From an uncultured Bacteroidales bacterium (GTDB lineage Bacteria > Bacteroidota > Bacteroidia > Bacteroidales > JAGOPY01), in contig CAZUDV010000002.1 of NCBI GenBank assembly GCA_964619555.1, forward strand, positions 141,659 to 205,658: DNA of 64,000 bases, written 5' to 3'. Positions 29,328 through 39,026 of the stretch are shown here, one piece after another (the first letter of the stretch is position 1; each line of letters starts with the position of its first letter). The notes beneath the pieces were generated by a model. It had not been told where the DNA came from. It was given only the letters and a program-made list of their open reading frames with translations, and searched no databases. Position numbers and translations under genes: made by a program.

Positions 29328-30485
29328 CGGTTTGATGGTAACATCGATAGCCCCGACCCCAAATTTCTCCAAAGAAGCCAGGTGCGATTCGGCATGTTCA
29401 TATTCCTGGACTTTTTTGATAATGGCTGCTTTCAGCACCCCGTTACCGACTCCATGAATGAAGGTCACTTTACGGAAATTTCTCTCCGCTGCACTTTCGA
29501 TGCATCTTTTAAAATATTCCATCTGGTATTTTAATATATCGTGAGGCGAAAGATGGGCAAAATTCTCCAGGAGTTCTCCGATATGCAGATCCACCACAGC
29601 TTCCCTCGGACCGGTCTGGTGCTTTTCGATCAAAGAAGCCGGTTTTATCTCCCTGGCCTTTTGCTTCATCATCGCCTCTTCATCCATTTTGGATTCCTCC
29701 CGGGAAACCAGCGAGTTGAGGCCGGCAACCTGGGCTACAGACAATAACAACAACTTTTCCTCAAAAAACTGCGTGGACTTGTAATTATGCTCGTCATTGA
29801 AGCGATTGGGGGATATATCGAATTCCGTGCTGACCGGAAGATAGATCTTTTCGGGCTCATCATCGAAAAATACCAGTTGAACGATTCCCTTTGTCCACTT
29901 CAGTAACTCATCCCTGTCAATGGTATCGATCAGTATCTTATTTCCGGGAAATAGCACATCGTAATCTTTCCCCAGCAGTTTTTTCTCTCCTTCCAGAAAA
30001 AACGCATAAAGTGCATTCATAGCGGTATGGTTGACCAGGTATACCTCCACCAGGCCTGTCACGAACCATTTCTGGTCATGCGGAACAAAAGCGAGATAAA
30101 CGCCCGGAGTATTCCTGGTAATGAACGAATAATTGCCAAAAGGCGTCTGGCGGTCAGGAAGCCCGGAGTTTTGAGTTCTGTTATCTGAGTTTTGGGTTTG
30201 GAGCTTGTCAGGAGGAACTGGCCCGGAAGATTTCGGCGGCTGGCTGGCATTTGATGACTGGCGGACGCTGGCTGCCGAAAGTTGGCTGCTGACCGGGAAA
30301 TCCTCGTCAAACATCCTTTCCACCTTGCCTTTGGGATCCACTTTGATCAGCTCGCTGGTCAGCGTGGGGATCTCGAAACCGTCTTCGATCATAACATTGA
30401 CTAAAGTCGGGCTGATGATCTTACTGACAATACCACCGCCCGATGTATTCAGGAATTTTACTTTATCTCCGATCTGAAATTTCAT
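29319..30485 (-). CDS. Smr-domain protein (DUF2027/Smr architecture)
   Basis: C-terminal Smr block VVDLHIGELL...KVTFIHGVGNGVLK. N-terminal KOW-like MKFQIGDKVKF. Low-complexity linker. Confidence 0.7.
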   Translation of the reverse strand: MKFQIGDKVKFLNTSGGGIVSKIISPTLVNVMIEDGFEIPTLTSELIKVDPKGKVERMFDEDFPVSSQLSAASVRQSSNASQPPKSSGPVPPDKLQTQNSDNRTQNSGLPDRQTPFGNYSFITRNTPGVYLAFVPHDQKWFVTGLVEVYLVNHTAMNALYAFFLEGEKKLLGKDYDVLFPGNKILIDTIDRDELLKWTKGIVQLVFFDDEPEKIYLPVSTEFDISPNRFNDEHNYKSTQFFEEKLLLLSVAQVAGLNSLVSREESKMDEEAMMKQKAREIKPASLIEKHQTGPREAVVDLHIGELLENFAHLSPHDILKYQMEYFKRCIESAAERNFRKVTFIHGVGNGVLKAAIIKKVQEYEHAESHLASLEKFGVGAIDVTIKPLK

Positions 30486-30505
30486 ATCCTTAGGTTTTAT
30501 AAATG

Positions 30506-30513
30506 CAAAGATA
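30506..30513 (-). promoter_or_regulatory. -7 promoter box for the Smr-domain gene
   Basis: The minus strand reads TATCTTTG. The gene starts at 30485. Confidence 0.45.
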
Positions 30514-30660
30514 GACTGAAAGTTGTAAGCCCGGACCCTTGCTTCCTCTGGTCCAAAAATGTTTCAAACGGATAATGTTCGGAAGTGTTCAGCAATGCGA
30601 TTACTTATTTAGAATCATATATAAATTATATTGAACAAAATAAAATATTTGGATATGCCT

Positions 30661-30668
30661 TAATTTTG
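30661..30668 (+). promoter_or_regulatory. -7 promoter box for the TonB-receptor/MbnPH-like operon
   Basis: TAATTTTG. The receptor ATG is at 30693. Confidence 0.45.
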
Positions 30669-30692
30669 TAAGGATTGTTAAACCATAACCGA

Positions 30693-32807
30693 ATGAGGAA
30701 GTTTTTCCTGACTCTCTTGACCCTCACCATACCGATTTTATTCTCGGACGTATGGGCACAGGTTATGCCCGATACCCTGATCCGTCTGAAGGAATTCGAA
30801 GTTACCGATTTCCTGGGGAAGAAAGTTTTTCATCCGGCTGATACGATCAGCCAGATGATCATCAGCCAGATGCCATCAAGGGATATAGGGGACCTGTTGC
30901 GGAGCCAGTCCAATGTATCAGGTATCCGGAAAGGCGGAACGGGCATCGATCCGGTCGTCAGGGGATTTAAATACAGCCAGTTAAATGTGCAATTGAACGA
31001 AGGGCACAAAATAGAGGGAGCCTGTCCGAACCGCATGGATCCACCCACTGCACACGTGGATATCGAAGATGTAATCAAAATAGAGATTTTTAAAGGTCCG
31101 TATGCCCTCCGGTTTGGCCCGAATTTCGGCGGAATGATCCATTTGCATACCTGGCCGGAAGAACGATTTGACAAGTTCCAGGTAAAACTGACGGCTGTGA
31201 CTGGTTATGAAAGCTCCTGGAATGGGTTTAAAGAACACCTGGCAATGACCGGCGGAAATAAGTTGTTCCAGATCAGGCTGGCAGGGAATTATAAAAAGTA
31301 CGGGGATTATAATGACGGTAATGGTAACAGCGTCGGTTCTTCATTCGAAAGATACAACTATGGCGGGATGTTCCGGGTGACCCCATCAGAAAAACACAGC
31401 CTGAGTATTTCTTATGACCGGTCAATTGGTAAAAACCTGGATTTCCCTACTCTCCCGATGGACGAAAGGCTGGATGAGACCAATCTGTATTCTGCAGACT
31501 ACATCTATAAGACTACCGGCCGGGTCCTGCAGGGGATCCACGGCAAATTATATTATTCCGGAGTCCGGCATGAAATGGACAATAAGCAGCGGCCAATATC
31601 TGACACCACTGTTGCCATTTCAACGATCCATGCCATCAATCTGGGATACCGTGGCGAAGTGAGCCTGGCTATTGCAAAGGGAACCCTGCACCTGGGAACA
31701 GACATGGAGAACATCGATAAAGACGGGGACCGGGTCAAGAATATGATCATGCAGCCAACTATGCCTGTCAAGATGGAAAAACTCTGGGATCATGCTCACA
31801 TTGAGAATTACGGATTTTTTGCAGAATATTCCAGGCTCGCAGGCCGTTTTACCCTGGTAGGGGCTGTCCGGTTTGATCTTAATGTTGCCGGTTCCAATCC
31901 ACTGTCATGGGAAAATATTCAGGGCCAGCAAATTTATTACCAGGATGAAGTCGAATCCTCCTTTACAAATTTCAGTTTCAGCCTGGGTGCCGATTATTCA
32001 CTGGGCAAAAACCTGGTGATAAGGCTTTCGGCAGGTCGCGGAGCCAGGAGCCCCGATATGACCGAACGGTTCATCATCCTTCTGCCAATTGGATATGACA
32101 ATTATGATTACCTGGGAAACCCTGTGCTTAAGCCTGAAATCAATCATCAGATCGACGGTATGGTCATATGGAATCCCAGCCGGGCAGGCAACCTTAAGCT
32201 AAACTTATTCTACAGTTATGTGACCAATTTTATCAGCGGCGAGTTAATGCCGGAGGCCATCGTAAAACCACAAACCAAGGGAGTTTACGGAGTAAAGCAG
32301 TTTGTCAACCTGGATAATGCCTGGCTTACCGGATTTGAGCTGGAATATCAGTCGCCGGCCTCCGAACCCTGGCAGTTGGAGGTCGTAGCTGCCTATACGG
32401 CTGCCGTTAACCCAAGGGCGGAACATTACATCATTGAACACGGTGAAATAACCGGAACGGAAGAGATCACAAACGACCCCCTGCCTGAAATCCCACCGCT
32501 GGAAGGCTCTGCCAGGTTTTCCTGGAAATTCTATCACGGCCGTTTCATACCGAAAATCACCCTGAGAGGCGTTGCCAGCCAGGAAAGGACCTCTGTGGCC
32601 TATGATGAGCGAAGCACTCCCGGATTTGTACTGGCGGGCATCTCGCTTTTCTATAAGTTCAATTCCGCCCTTCAGATTACGGCCGGTGTGGATAACCTTT
32701 TCAATGTGGCATATTATGAACACCTGAACCGAAATATCGTTGGTTCAACAAGCAATTATTACGAACCGGGCAGCAACTTCTTCGTCAATCTGAAATTCAC
32801 TCTGTAA
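30693..32807 (+). CDS. TonB-dependent receptor (no CarboxypepD_reg domain)
   Basis: Signal peptide from ATG 30693 (the ORF opens with TTG at 30675). Plug RKGGTGIDPVVRGFKYSQLNVQLNEG. Beta-barrel ending NLKFTL. Confidence 0.85.
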   Translation: MRKFFLTLLTLTIPILFSDVWAQVMPDTLIRLKEFEVTDFLGKKVFHPADTISQMIISQMPSRDIGDLLRSQSNVSGIRKGGTGIDPVVRGFKYSQLNVQLNEGHKIEGACPNRMDPPTAHVDIEDVIKIEIFKGPYALRFGPNFGGMIHLHTWPEERFDKFQVKLTAVTGYESSWNGFKEHLAMTGGNKLFQIRLAGNYKKYGDYNDGNGNSVGSSFERYNYGGMFRVTPSEKHSLSISYDRSIGKNLDFPTLPMDERLDETNLYSADYIYKTTGRVLQGIHGKLYYSGVRHEMDNKQRPISDTTVAISTIHAINLGYRGEVSLAIAKGTLHLGTDMENIDKDGDRVKNMIMQPTMPVKMEKLWDHAHIENYGFFAEYSRLAGRFTLVGAVRFDLNVAGSNPLSWENIQGQQIYYQDEVESSFTNFSFSLGADYSLGKNLVIRLSAGRGARSPDMTERFIILLPIGYDNYDYLGNPVLKPEINHQIDGMVIWNPSRAGNLKLNLFYSYVTNFISGELMPEAIVKPQTKGVYGVKQFVNLDNAWLTGFELEYQSPASEPWQLEVVAAYTAAVNPRAEHYIIEHGEITGTEEITNDPLPEIPPLEGSARFSWKFYHGRFIPKITLRGVASQERTSVAYDERSTPGFVLAGISLFYKFNSALQITAGVDNLFNVAYYEHLNRNIVGSTSNYYEPGSNFFVNLKFTL

Positions 32808-32819
32808 TTATTCGTTATC

Positions 32820-33176
32820 ATGAAAAGGTATATCTGGTTAATTCTGATCGTATTATTGGGTTGTGACAAGGATTCTGACCGACTAGTGAACTATAAAATT
32901 ACGGACTCTGATTCAGGATTCAGCGTACGATATCTGGATGCATCGGGGGAATTGGTGTCTGGGAATGTGATCACCCAGAGTGCCCAGGATGTCTGGAATT
33001 ATTCCTTCATTTCGAAAGATGGCGGCATTGTTTTTGTATCGGCTAATTATGATGATCCTGCTTCAGCCATCAGGGTTCAAATTTATATCGACGGAAAAAT
33101 TTACAAGCAGGGCTCGAGCAGGAATGACACGGCATCATTTGTGACGGTTTCGGGAGTCATTCCTATACGGGAATAA
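32820..33176 (+). CDS. Small hypothetical lipoprotein
   Basis: Lipobox LLGC, 118 aa, beta-rich. Sits between the receptor and the MbnP-like gene. Confidence 0.45.
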   Translation: MKRYIWLILIVLLGCDKDSDRLVNYKITDSDSGFSVRYLDASGELVSGNVITQSAQDVWNYSFISKDGGIVFVSANYDDPASAIRVQIYIDGKIYKQGSSRNDTASFVTVSGVIPIRE

Positions 33177-33222
33177 ACTTTATTTGCCGTAACAGCGTTA
33201 TTATTTTAAAACCAGCCCACAC

Positions 33223-34029
33223 ATGACAAGATCAGCGGCATTTTCAGTGATCATTCTCCCCATACTCCTTTTAGCCTGCCATGATCCGGATGTCCCGGAG
33301 CCAGACCCTCAGACTGGCAAATTAGAGATTAGTTTCGATCACAGGTTTGATCATGAAATCGTTCAATTCGACACTTTAAAATATGCCAATGCTGCCGGCA
33401 ATCAATTACTGTTCACCGAATTGCAGTATTTTATCTCGGACGTTACCCTGCATTACCAGGATGGATCTGCCTACTCCATCGACGCCTGGAAGGACATTCA
33501 TTATGTCGACAGTGATTTGCCGGAGACTTCGGTATGGGATGTTTTTGATGAAATACCGGCCGGTCAATGCGATTCCGTGAGCTTCACTTTTGGCATCAAC
33601 GAAGCAAAGAACCAGTCTTTCCTCTATGTCAATCCCCCTGAATCCCTGATGTTCTGGCCGGATATCCTGGGTGGCGGGTACCACTATATGAAACTGAACG
33701 GTAAATGGCTGGCCCCCGACTTATTGCTCAGACCCTTCGAATTTCACCTCGGAATTGGACAAATCTATGACGGGCAGGGAAACATAACAGGATTTGTACA
33801 GAATTATTTTCAAGTGACCCTCAAGAATCGCTCATTTGCCATCAATAAAGGGAAAGAAACCGCCATTGTCATAGTCATGAATTTGGAATCCTGGTTCGAA
33901 ACTCCGGAAGTTTGGGATTTTAACGAGTGGGGTGGCGATATCATGCAAAATCAGGCTGCCATGGAAGTTGCCGCAGAAAATGGCCGGGATTGTTTCAGCC
34001 TTGATTTACCAATCTTACCAGGTAGATGA
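33223..34029 (+). CDS. MbnP-like lipoprotein (putative metal-binding partner of the downstream di-haem peroxidase)
   Basis: Lipobox LLAC, 268 aa. The N-terminal pattern LEISFDHRFD...YANAAGNQLLFTELQYFISDVTLHYQDGS resembles MbnP-family proteins as I recall them. ATGA overlap with the next gene. Confidence 0.45.
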   Translation: MTRSAAFSVIILPILLLACHDPDVPEPDPQTGKLEISFDHRFDHEIVQFDTLKYANAAGNQLLFTELQYFISDVTLHYQDGSAYSIDAWKDIHYVDSDLPETSVWDVFDEIPAGQCDSVSFTFGINEAKNQSFLYVNPPESLMFWPDILGGGYHYMKLNGKWLAPDLLLRPFEFHLGIGQIYDGQGNITGFVQNYFQVTLKNRSFAINKGKETAIVIVMNLESWFETPEVWDFNEWGGDIMQNQAAMEVAAENGRDCFSLDLPILPGR

Positions 34030-35174
34030 AACAATTTGCCGCATATGGTTTAAGGATTCTGATTCTGACGACAGTTTTAGCCGGTTGTAACAGGAATGAC
34101 GACATCGAGCTCATCCCGGCATTCAGGCCGACTCCGTATGAAATGACCATCCCTTTCGGGTTTCCAACCAAGTTGAATATCCCGGAGGATAACCCTTTGA
34201 CGGTTGAAGGAATTGAACTGGGAAGATACTTGTTTTACGATGGAAGGGTCTCTGGTCATGTTGAACCGGAAAAACAAATGAGCTGTGCAACTTGCCACCT
34301 GCAGGAAAATGCCTTTGAATGTGGCATCGATCATCCAAGATTCTTAGAAGGAAAGACTTTCGGGGTTACCGGAATTCCAACGCCTCATTTCATGCTGCCA
34401 CTTATCAACCTGGTATGGAACCATAACGGATACCTTTGGAACGGATATGTGAGTTCGGATAATCCGGATCCTCTTATTCGTAACATAGAAGCGCTAACAT
34501 ACTTGAGCATCATTGCGCCACATGAAATGCACAGCGATACACTGAGCGCTGTAAATGCCATCGGATCGGTGCCCAGGTACAGGGAATTGTTCAAAAAAGC
34601 ATTTGGCTCGGAGGATGTGACCATTGACCGGATGGGTAAAGCGATTGCCCAGTTCATCCGAACCCTGGTCTCTTCGAATTCCCGGTTTGATCAATATTTG
34701 AGGGGAGAAATCCAGCTAACCCCTGCCGAGGTGAGTGGATATGTTCTTTTTGTCACCGAAGAGGGAGCCGATTGTTTTCATTGTCACGGGGGATCCGGTA
34801 ATCCGATGTTTACCACACATCTATTTTACAATAACGCCAAGGATTCTGTGTTTGACGATCCCCGCGACCGGTTTGGCGTGACCGGCGATCCAATGATGCG
34901 TGGAGCTTACCGGGCCCCTTCATTGCGAAATATAGCCCTGACCGCTCCTTACATGCACGATGGCCGGTTTAAAACACTCGATGAAGTAATTGACTTTTAT
35001 TCAGGTGAACTGGTCTATTCCCCATATGTTGATCCCCTGATGCATTACATCAGCTATGGCGGCACTCAATTGACCGCACAGGAAAAAGCAAACCTGAAAG
35101 CGTTCCTGCTTGCACTTACGGATGAAGATTTTGTAAAGAATCCTGCCTTTTCCAGACCTGAAAACATGCCATGA
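34026..35174 (+). CDS. Di-haem cytochrome c peroxidase family protein (MauG/MbnH-like)
   Basis: Two CxxCH haem motifs (CATCH, CFHCH), the conserved block APSLRNIALTAPYMHDG and a lipobox LAGC. Confidence 0.85.
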   Translation: MKQFAAYGLRILILTTVLAGCNRNDDIELIPAFRPTPYEMTIPFGFPTKLNIPEDNPLTVEGIELGRYLFYDGRVSGHVEPEKQMSCATCHLQENAFECGIDHPRFLEGKTFGVTGIPTPHFMLPLINLVWNHNGYLWNGYVSSDNPDPLIRNIEALTYLSIIAPHEMHSDTLSAVNAIGSVPRYRELFKKAFGSEDVTIDRMGKAIAQFIRTLVSSNSRFDQYLRGEIQLTPAEVSGYVLFVTEEGADCFHCHGGSGNPMFTTHLFYNNAKDSVFDDPRDRFGVTGDPMMRGAYRAPSLRNIALTAPYMHDGRFKTLDEVIDFYSGELVYSPYVDPLMHYISYGGTQLTAQEKANLKAFLLALTDEDFVKNPAFSRPENMP

Positions 35175-35179
35175 ACAAA

Positions 35180-35216
35180 AACCTGCCAGGTCCAACCATG
35201 TTGTCCCTGTCAGGTT
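35180..35216. terminator. Hairpin between convergent genes (bidirectional terminator candidate)
   Basis: AACCTGCCAGG (35180-35190) pairs with CCTGTCAGGTT (35206-35216) with one mismatch. An A-run lies upstream and an AT-rich tract downstream. Confidence 0.4.
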
Positions 35217-35264
35217 ATATGATTATTCTGACAGCATCGCCCTAGGCGATCTTTCATCGGCAAA

Positions 35265-37385
35265 TCATTGGTAGATCGGCGTCACACCCAGGTTCTTCAT
35301 CACGAAGGCCCAAAGATCGCTGTATTCCTCGATGATCATAGCAGTCGGCATGCCTGCACCGTGGCCTGCTTTCGTCTGGATCCGGATCATCAACGGTTTG
35401 GTGCTGGCCTTGTTCTCCTGCAATGTGGCTATGTATTTAAAGGAATGCGCCGGTACCACACGGTCATCATGATCGGCCGTGGTGACCAGTACGGCCGGGT
35501 ATTTCACATCTTTTTTAATGGAATGCAATGGTGAATACTTGTACAAATACTCGAACATTTCCCTGGAATCTTCGCTGGTACCGTAATCCACCGCCCAGTA
35601 TTTCCCTATGGTGAATTTATGGTAACGGAGCATATCCATGACCCCGACCTGTGGCAAGGCAGCGCCAAACAGCTCCGGTCTCTGGTTAAGCACGGCTCCC
35701 ACCAGTAAGCCTCCATTGGACCCACCCTGTATGGCAATCTTTCCTGCACTGGTGTATTTATTGGCTATCAGGTATTCTGCCGCCGTGATGAAATCGTCAA
35801 ATACATTTTGCTTGTTCATCTTGGTCCCTGCCTGGTGCCATTCTTCACCGTATTCACCGCCTCCCCTGAGGTTGGCCAGGGCAAATACAAATCCGTTTTC
35901 CAGAAGGATCAACCGGCTTATGCTGAATGAAGGGGTCAGGCTTACATTGAACCCACCGTAACCGTATAGAAGGGTCGGGTTCTTTCCGTTCATTTCCAGT
36001 CCTTTTTTATGTACGATGAACATCGGAACCCTGGTCCCGTCTTTGGAAGTATAGAAGACCTGCTTTGTCTCGTAAAGACTTGGATCAAAATCGATCGCTG
36101 ACCGGCTGTATTCTTCCGATTGGTTGTTCTTCACATCGTACTTATAAATAATGGAAGGAGTTGTGAATGAAGTGACCGTATAAAAGGTCAGTGTATCGGT
36201 CATTTTGCCTCCAAATCCACCAATGGTTCCCAGGATCGGAATATCCAGGTCGTACAGGAAATTGCCTTGCAGATCGTATGCCTGCACAATATCATGGGCA
36301 TCTTTCATATAACCGGCAATGATCTTGCCGCCTATCACTGAAACACTGGTCAAAACTTCGCTTTTTTCGGGGATGATGGTTTTCCAGTTCTCCCTGGACG
36401 GATTATTCAGGTCGATGGAAATGACCTGGTACTTGGGTGCGCCTTCATCGGTCATGACATAAATGGTCCCTTCCATGTGGGCGACCGGCGAAAAATTATA
36501 ATCGAAATAATCCACCAGTTTAATGAAAGGCTTTCCTTCTTCAGCTGCCTTACGGAAATAAAGCTGGTTACCCTTGGTTGACTCGGCAACGGAGAGAAAT
36601 AAGATCTGCTTGTCTTCCGATACATAAGCCCCGAAACTCCATTCCGGATGGGCCGGATCTTCATAAATCAGTTTATCGTTTTCCTGCTTATCCCCTATCC
36701 GGTGATAATAAACCTTGTTGTTAAGGTTTTGCCCTGACAACTCATCCCCTTTGACGGGTTCAGGATAACGGCTATAGAAAAAACCATCTCCGTACCATGA
36801 CATACCCGAAAATTTGATCCATTTCAGGTGGTCTTCCAGAAGGCTCAGGTCCTGCGCATTCATTACATAATATTCGTTCCAGTCCGATCCACCGTGGGAA
36901 ATGCCGTAACCAATGTAGCGGCCGTCATCGGACGGGGAAAAATTCGTCAGTGCGACCGTTCCGTCCTCTGAAAAGGAATTTGGATCCAGTACCATCCGCT
37001 CTTCGCCTTCCAGGGTTTCTTTGGAATAAACTACATATTGATTCTGCAGGCCATTGTTCCGGTAATAGTAATACCGTCCGCCTTCTTTATATGGGGCCGT
37101 TACCTTTGGGTAATCCCAGATCTTTGTCAGCCTTTCCTTGATCTTATCCCGGAACGGAATTGCATTCAGGTAAGCAAAAGTCACTTCATTCTGAGCTTTT
37201 ACCCAGGCCGAAGTCTGAGCAGAGGTATCATCTTCCAGCCAGCGGTAAGGATCGCTCACTTGAATACCAAAATAATCATCCACCTGGTCAACCTTATCAG
37301 TGACCGGATATTCAATCTTCTGTTGCTGACAGGAAATCATCAGTGCCATTATTATTCCCATTGCCGGGAGCAGTTTGTTTTTCAT
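35265..37385 (-). CDS. Prolyl oligopeptidase (S9A family serine peptidase)
   Basis: 706 aa with a lipoprotein-type signal. Catalytic Ser in GGSNGGLL, Asp in ADHDDRV and His in KAGHGAG. N-terminal beta-propeller region. Confidence 0.9.
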   Translation of the reverse strand: MKNKLLPAMGIIMALMISCQQQKIEYPVTDKVDQVDDYFGIQVSDPYRWLEDDTSAQTSAWVKAQNEVTFAYLNAIPFRDKIKERLTKIWDYPKVTAPYKEGGRYYYYRNNGLQNQYVVYSKETLEGEERMVLDPNSFSEDGTVALTNFSPSDDGRYIGYGISHGGSDWNEYYVMNAQDLSLLEDHLKWIKFSGMSWYGDGFFYSRYPEPVKGDELSGQNLNNKVYYHRIGDKQENDKLIYEDPAHPEWSFGAYVSEDKQILFLSVAESTKGNQLYFRKAAEEGKPFIKLVDYFDYNFSPVAHMEGTIYVMTDEGAPKYQVISIDLNNPSRENWKTIIPEKSEVLTSVSVIGGKIIAGYMKDAHDIVQAYDLQGNFLYDLDIPILGTIGGFGGKMTDTLTFYTVTSFTTPSIIYKYDVKNNQSEEYSRSAIDFDPSLYETKQVFYTSKDGTRVPMFIVHKKGLEMNGKNPTLLYGYGGFNVSLTPSFSISRLILLENGFVFALANLRGGGEYGEEWHQAGTKMNKQNVFDDFITAAEYLIANKYTSAGKIAIQGGSNGGLLVGAVLNQRPELFGAALPQVGVMDMLRYHKFTIGKYWAVDYGTSEDSREMFEYLYKYSPLHSIKKDVKYPAVLVTTADHDDRVVPAHSFKYIATLQENKASTKPLMIRIQTKAGHGAGMPTAMIIEEYSDLWAFVMKNLGVTPIYQ

Positions 37386-37445
37386 ATTAGAGATGTTTAA
37401 TTAATAAAAAATAGGAAAAATTGTTCAGGTTCATTGCCAGATGGG

Positions 37446-37453
37446 CAAATTTA
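37446..37453 (-). promoter_or_regulatory. -7 promoter box for the prolyl oligopeptidase gene
   Basis: The minus strand reads TAAATTTG. The gene starts at 37385. Confidence 0.4.
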
Positions 37454-37509
37454 ACCAATTTTGGACGGATTCTGTATTTCATTTTACAAACTGAAGTTTT
37501 CGCATTACC

Positions 37510-38412
37510 ATGAACAAAAAACTTAAAAGCCAGAAAATATTTCGGATTGATCATATCCCGGGTTCAGTGTTACCGGATGTTGAGCATTATGGGATCCTGC
37601 AATCCCAGGAGGAATATGATGAAAACGGAAACCTCACCCTGGAAATCGGTTACACCAGGGATGGAGAAGTTGCGGATAAAAGCTCTTACCAATACAACAA
37701 CGACGGAATGCTTGTCGAATCCCTGATTTTTGGCGAGGATGATGAGATCCTTGAACGGAACGAGATATTCAGGGACAAGGATAGCAGGTTGGTGCGGGAA
37801 GTGGTCCATTACCTGGACGGTTCCGCCGACATCCGGACCTTTTTCTATGATTCGGCAGGCAACCTTACGGGAATGGAGGTAAAAGATGATGAAGATGAGC
37901 CGGACTATTCGGAAAATTACTATTACCTGGAAGGAAAACTGGTGAGAACAGAGCGGTTCGATGAAGAAGGCGAGATCATTTTCTATCAGGAGGATACAAT
38001 AGACGATGGCAGGATGGTACAGCGCAAAATATGGTCATCGGAAGATGAAGAGCCCTATACCCTGATCACGGAATACAATGAGAGGGGCAACCGTGAACAG
38101 GAGACACGTTTCGACCGCAATGACAAGATCATGGAACGGAATACCTGGGAAGAAAACGAACAAGGGCTTATTGTCCGGATTGTCGAGGAAAACCGGTTGA
38201 AAAAGAATACGACCGAGATTACTTACGATGAATCTGGCAGGGTGATCCACCAAAAGGAGACGGATCTCCATGGGCAGCTTAACCATGAGGTTTTCAGGTC
38301 ATATGACGAAGATGGCCTCCTGCACATCGTCACTGCTGAAATTACCAATAAAAATACCGGCGACAAAAGAGCTTATTCGCTTGTTCACCGGTATGAATTT
38401 TACGACCGGTGA
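37510..38412 (+). CDS. Acidic cytoplasmic repeat protein with YD/RHS-like repeats
   Basis: No signal peptide. Recurring YDENGNL, YNNDGML, YDSAGNL, FDEEGEI, YDESGRV and YDEDGLL units at a period of about 25-35 aa. Very Asp/Glu rich. Confidence 0.5.
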   Translation: MNKKLKSQKIFRIDHIPGSVLPDVEHYGILQSQEEYDENGNLTLEIGYTRDGEVADKSSYQYNNDGMLVESLIFGEDDEILERNEIFRDKDSRLVREVVHYLDGSADIRTFFYDSAGNLTGMEVKDDEDEPDYSENYYYLEGKLVRTERFDEEGEIIFYQEDTIDDGRMVQRKIWSSEDEEPYTLITEYNERGNREQETRFDRNDKIMERNTWEENEQGLIVRIVEENRLKKNTTEITYDESGRVIHQKETDLHGQLNHEVFRSYDEDGLLHIVTAEITNKNTGDKRAYSLVHRYEFYDR

Positions 38413-38787
38413 TCAATTCTCGTGGCCATGCCCATGATGATGTTCATGGTGCTGGCATATTTCACCGTTATCTTCTATTTTCCCTTCAGCATAAAGCTGC
38501 ACATTTTCACGGGCATCCCCTGAGCAACCTCTGACCACCTGAATACCGGCAGCATTAAGGACATGGATGGCACCCATTCCTATTCCCCCAGCCAGCATGA
38601 TTTCCACGCCCTGGTTGGCCAGGTCTCTAGCTATATTCGATTTGCAGCCGCATCCGTTAACTGATTTAAGGTATTGGCTTTGTACCACTTTTTTATCCTC
38701 ATTCAGTTCAAATATTGCATAATATTCACAATGTCCGAAATGATCGTCAATCTGACCATTTTCCCTGACAGGAACAGCTATTTTCAT
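38413..38787 (-). CDS. NifX/NifB-C-terminal-like (dinitrogenase FeMo-cofactor-binding fold) protein with a His-rich tail
   Basis: MKIAVPVRENGQIDDHFGHCEYYAIFE and AGGIGMGAI blocks. The C-terminus is CQHHEHHHGHGHEN. Confidence 0.75.
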   Translation of the reverse strand: MKIAVPVRENGQIDDHFGHCEYYAIFELNEDKKVVQSQYLKSVNGCGCKSNIARDLANQGVEIMLAGGIGMGAIHVLNAAGIQVVRGCSGDARENVQLYAEGKIEDNGEICQHHEHHHGHGHEN

Positions 38788-38987
38788 TTTTTATTTTTCT
38801 TTTTAGACTCGTAATATTTCAATCTTTTTCCATTACCAGGACCGCCCCCGGATTGGCGGCGCTTTGCTTCGCCAATCCCGAGGGTGCCTTCTTCTCCTTT
38901 TTCATTTTCAGGTCTTCGGCACTTGCCTAATTTTCTTCCAGTCCTGGGGCCTGCACCATCTGGACCGGTATGATCCAATCCAGGCAT
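38784..38987 (-). CDS. DUF5320-like small protein
   Basis: The N-terminus MPGLDHTGPDGAGPRTGRKLGKC matches the DUF5320 pattern (MPxxDxTGPxGxGPxTGRxxGxC). ATGA overlap with the NifX-like gene. Confidence 0.6.
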   Translation of the reverse strand: MPGLDHTGPDGAGPRTGRKLGKCRRPENEKGEEGTLGIGEAKRRQSGGGPGNGKRLKYYESKKKNKK

Positions 38988-39026
38988 CTTCTTCGTGATT
39001 TTGGATTAATAACGGTTTAAATTCAA

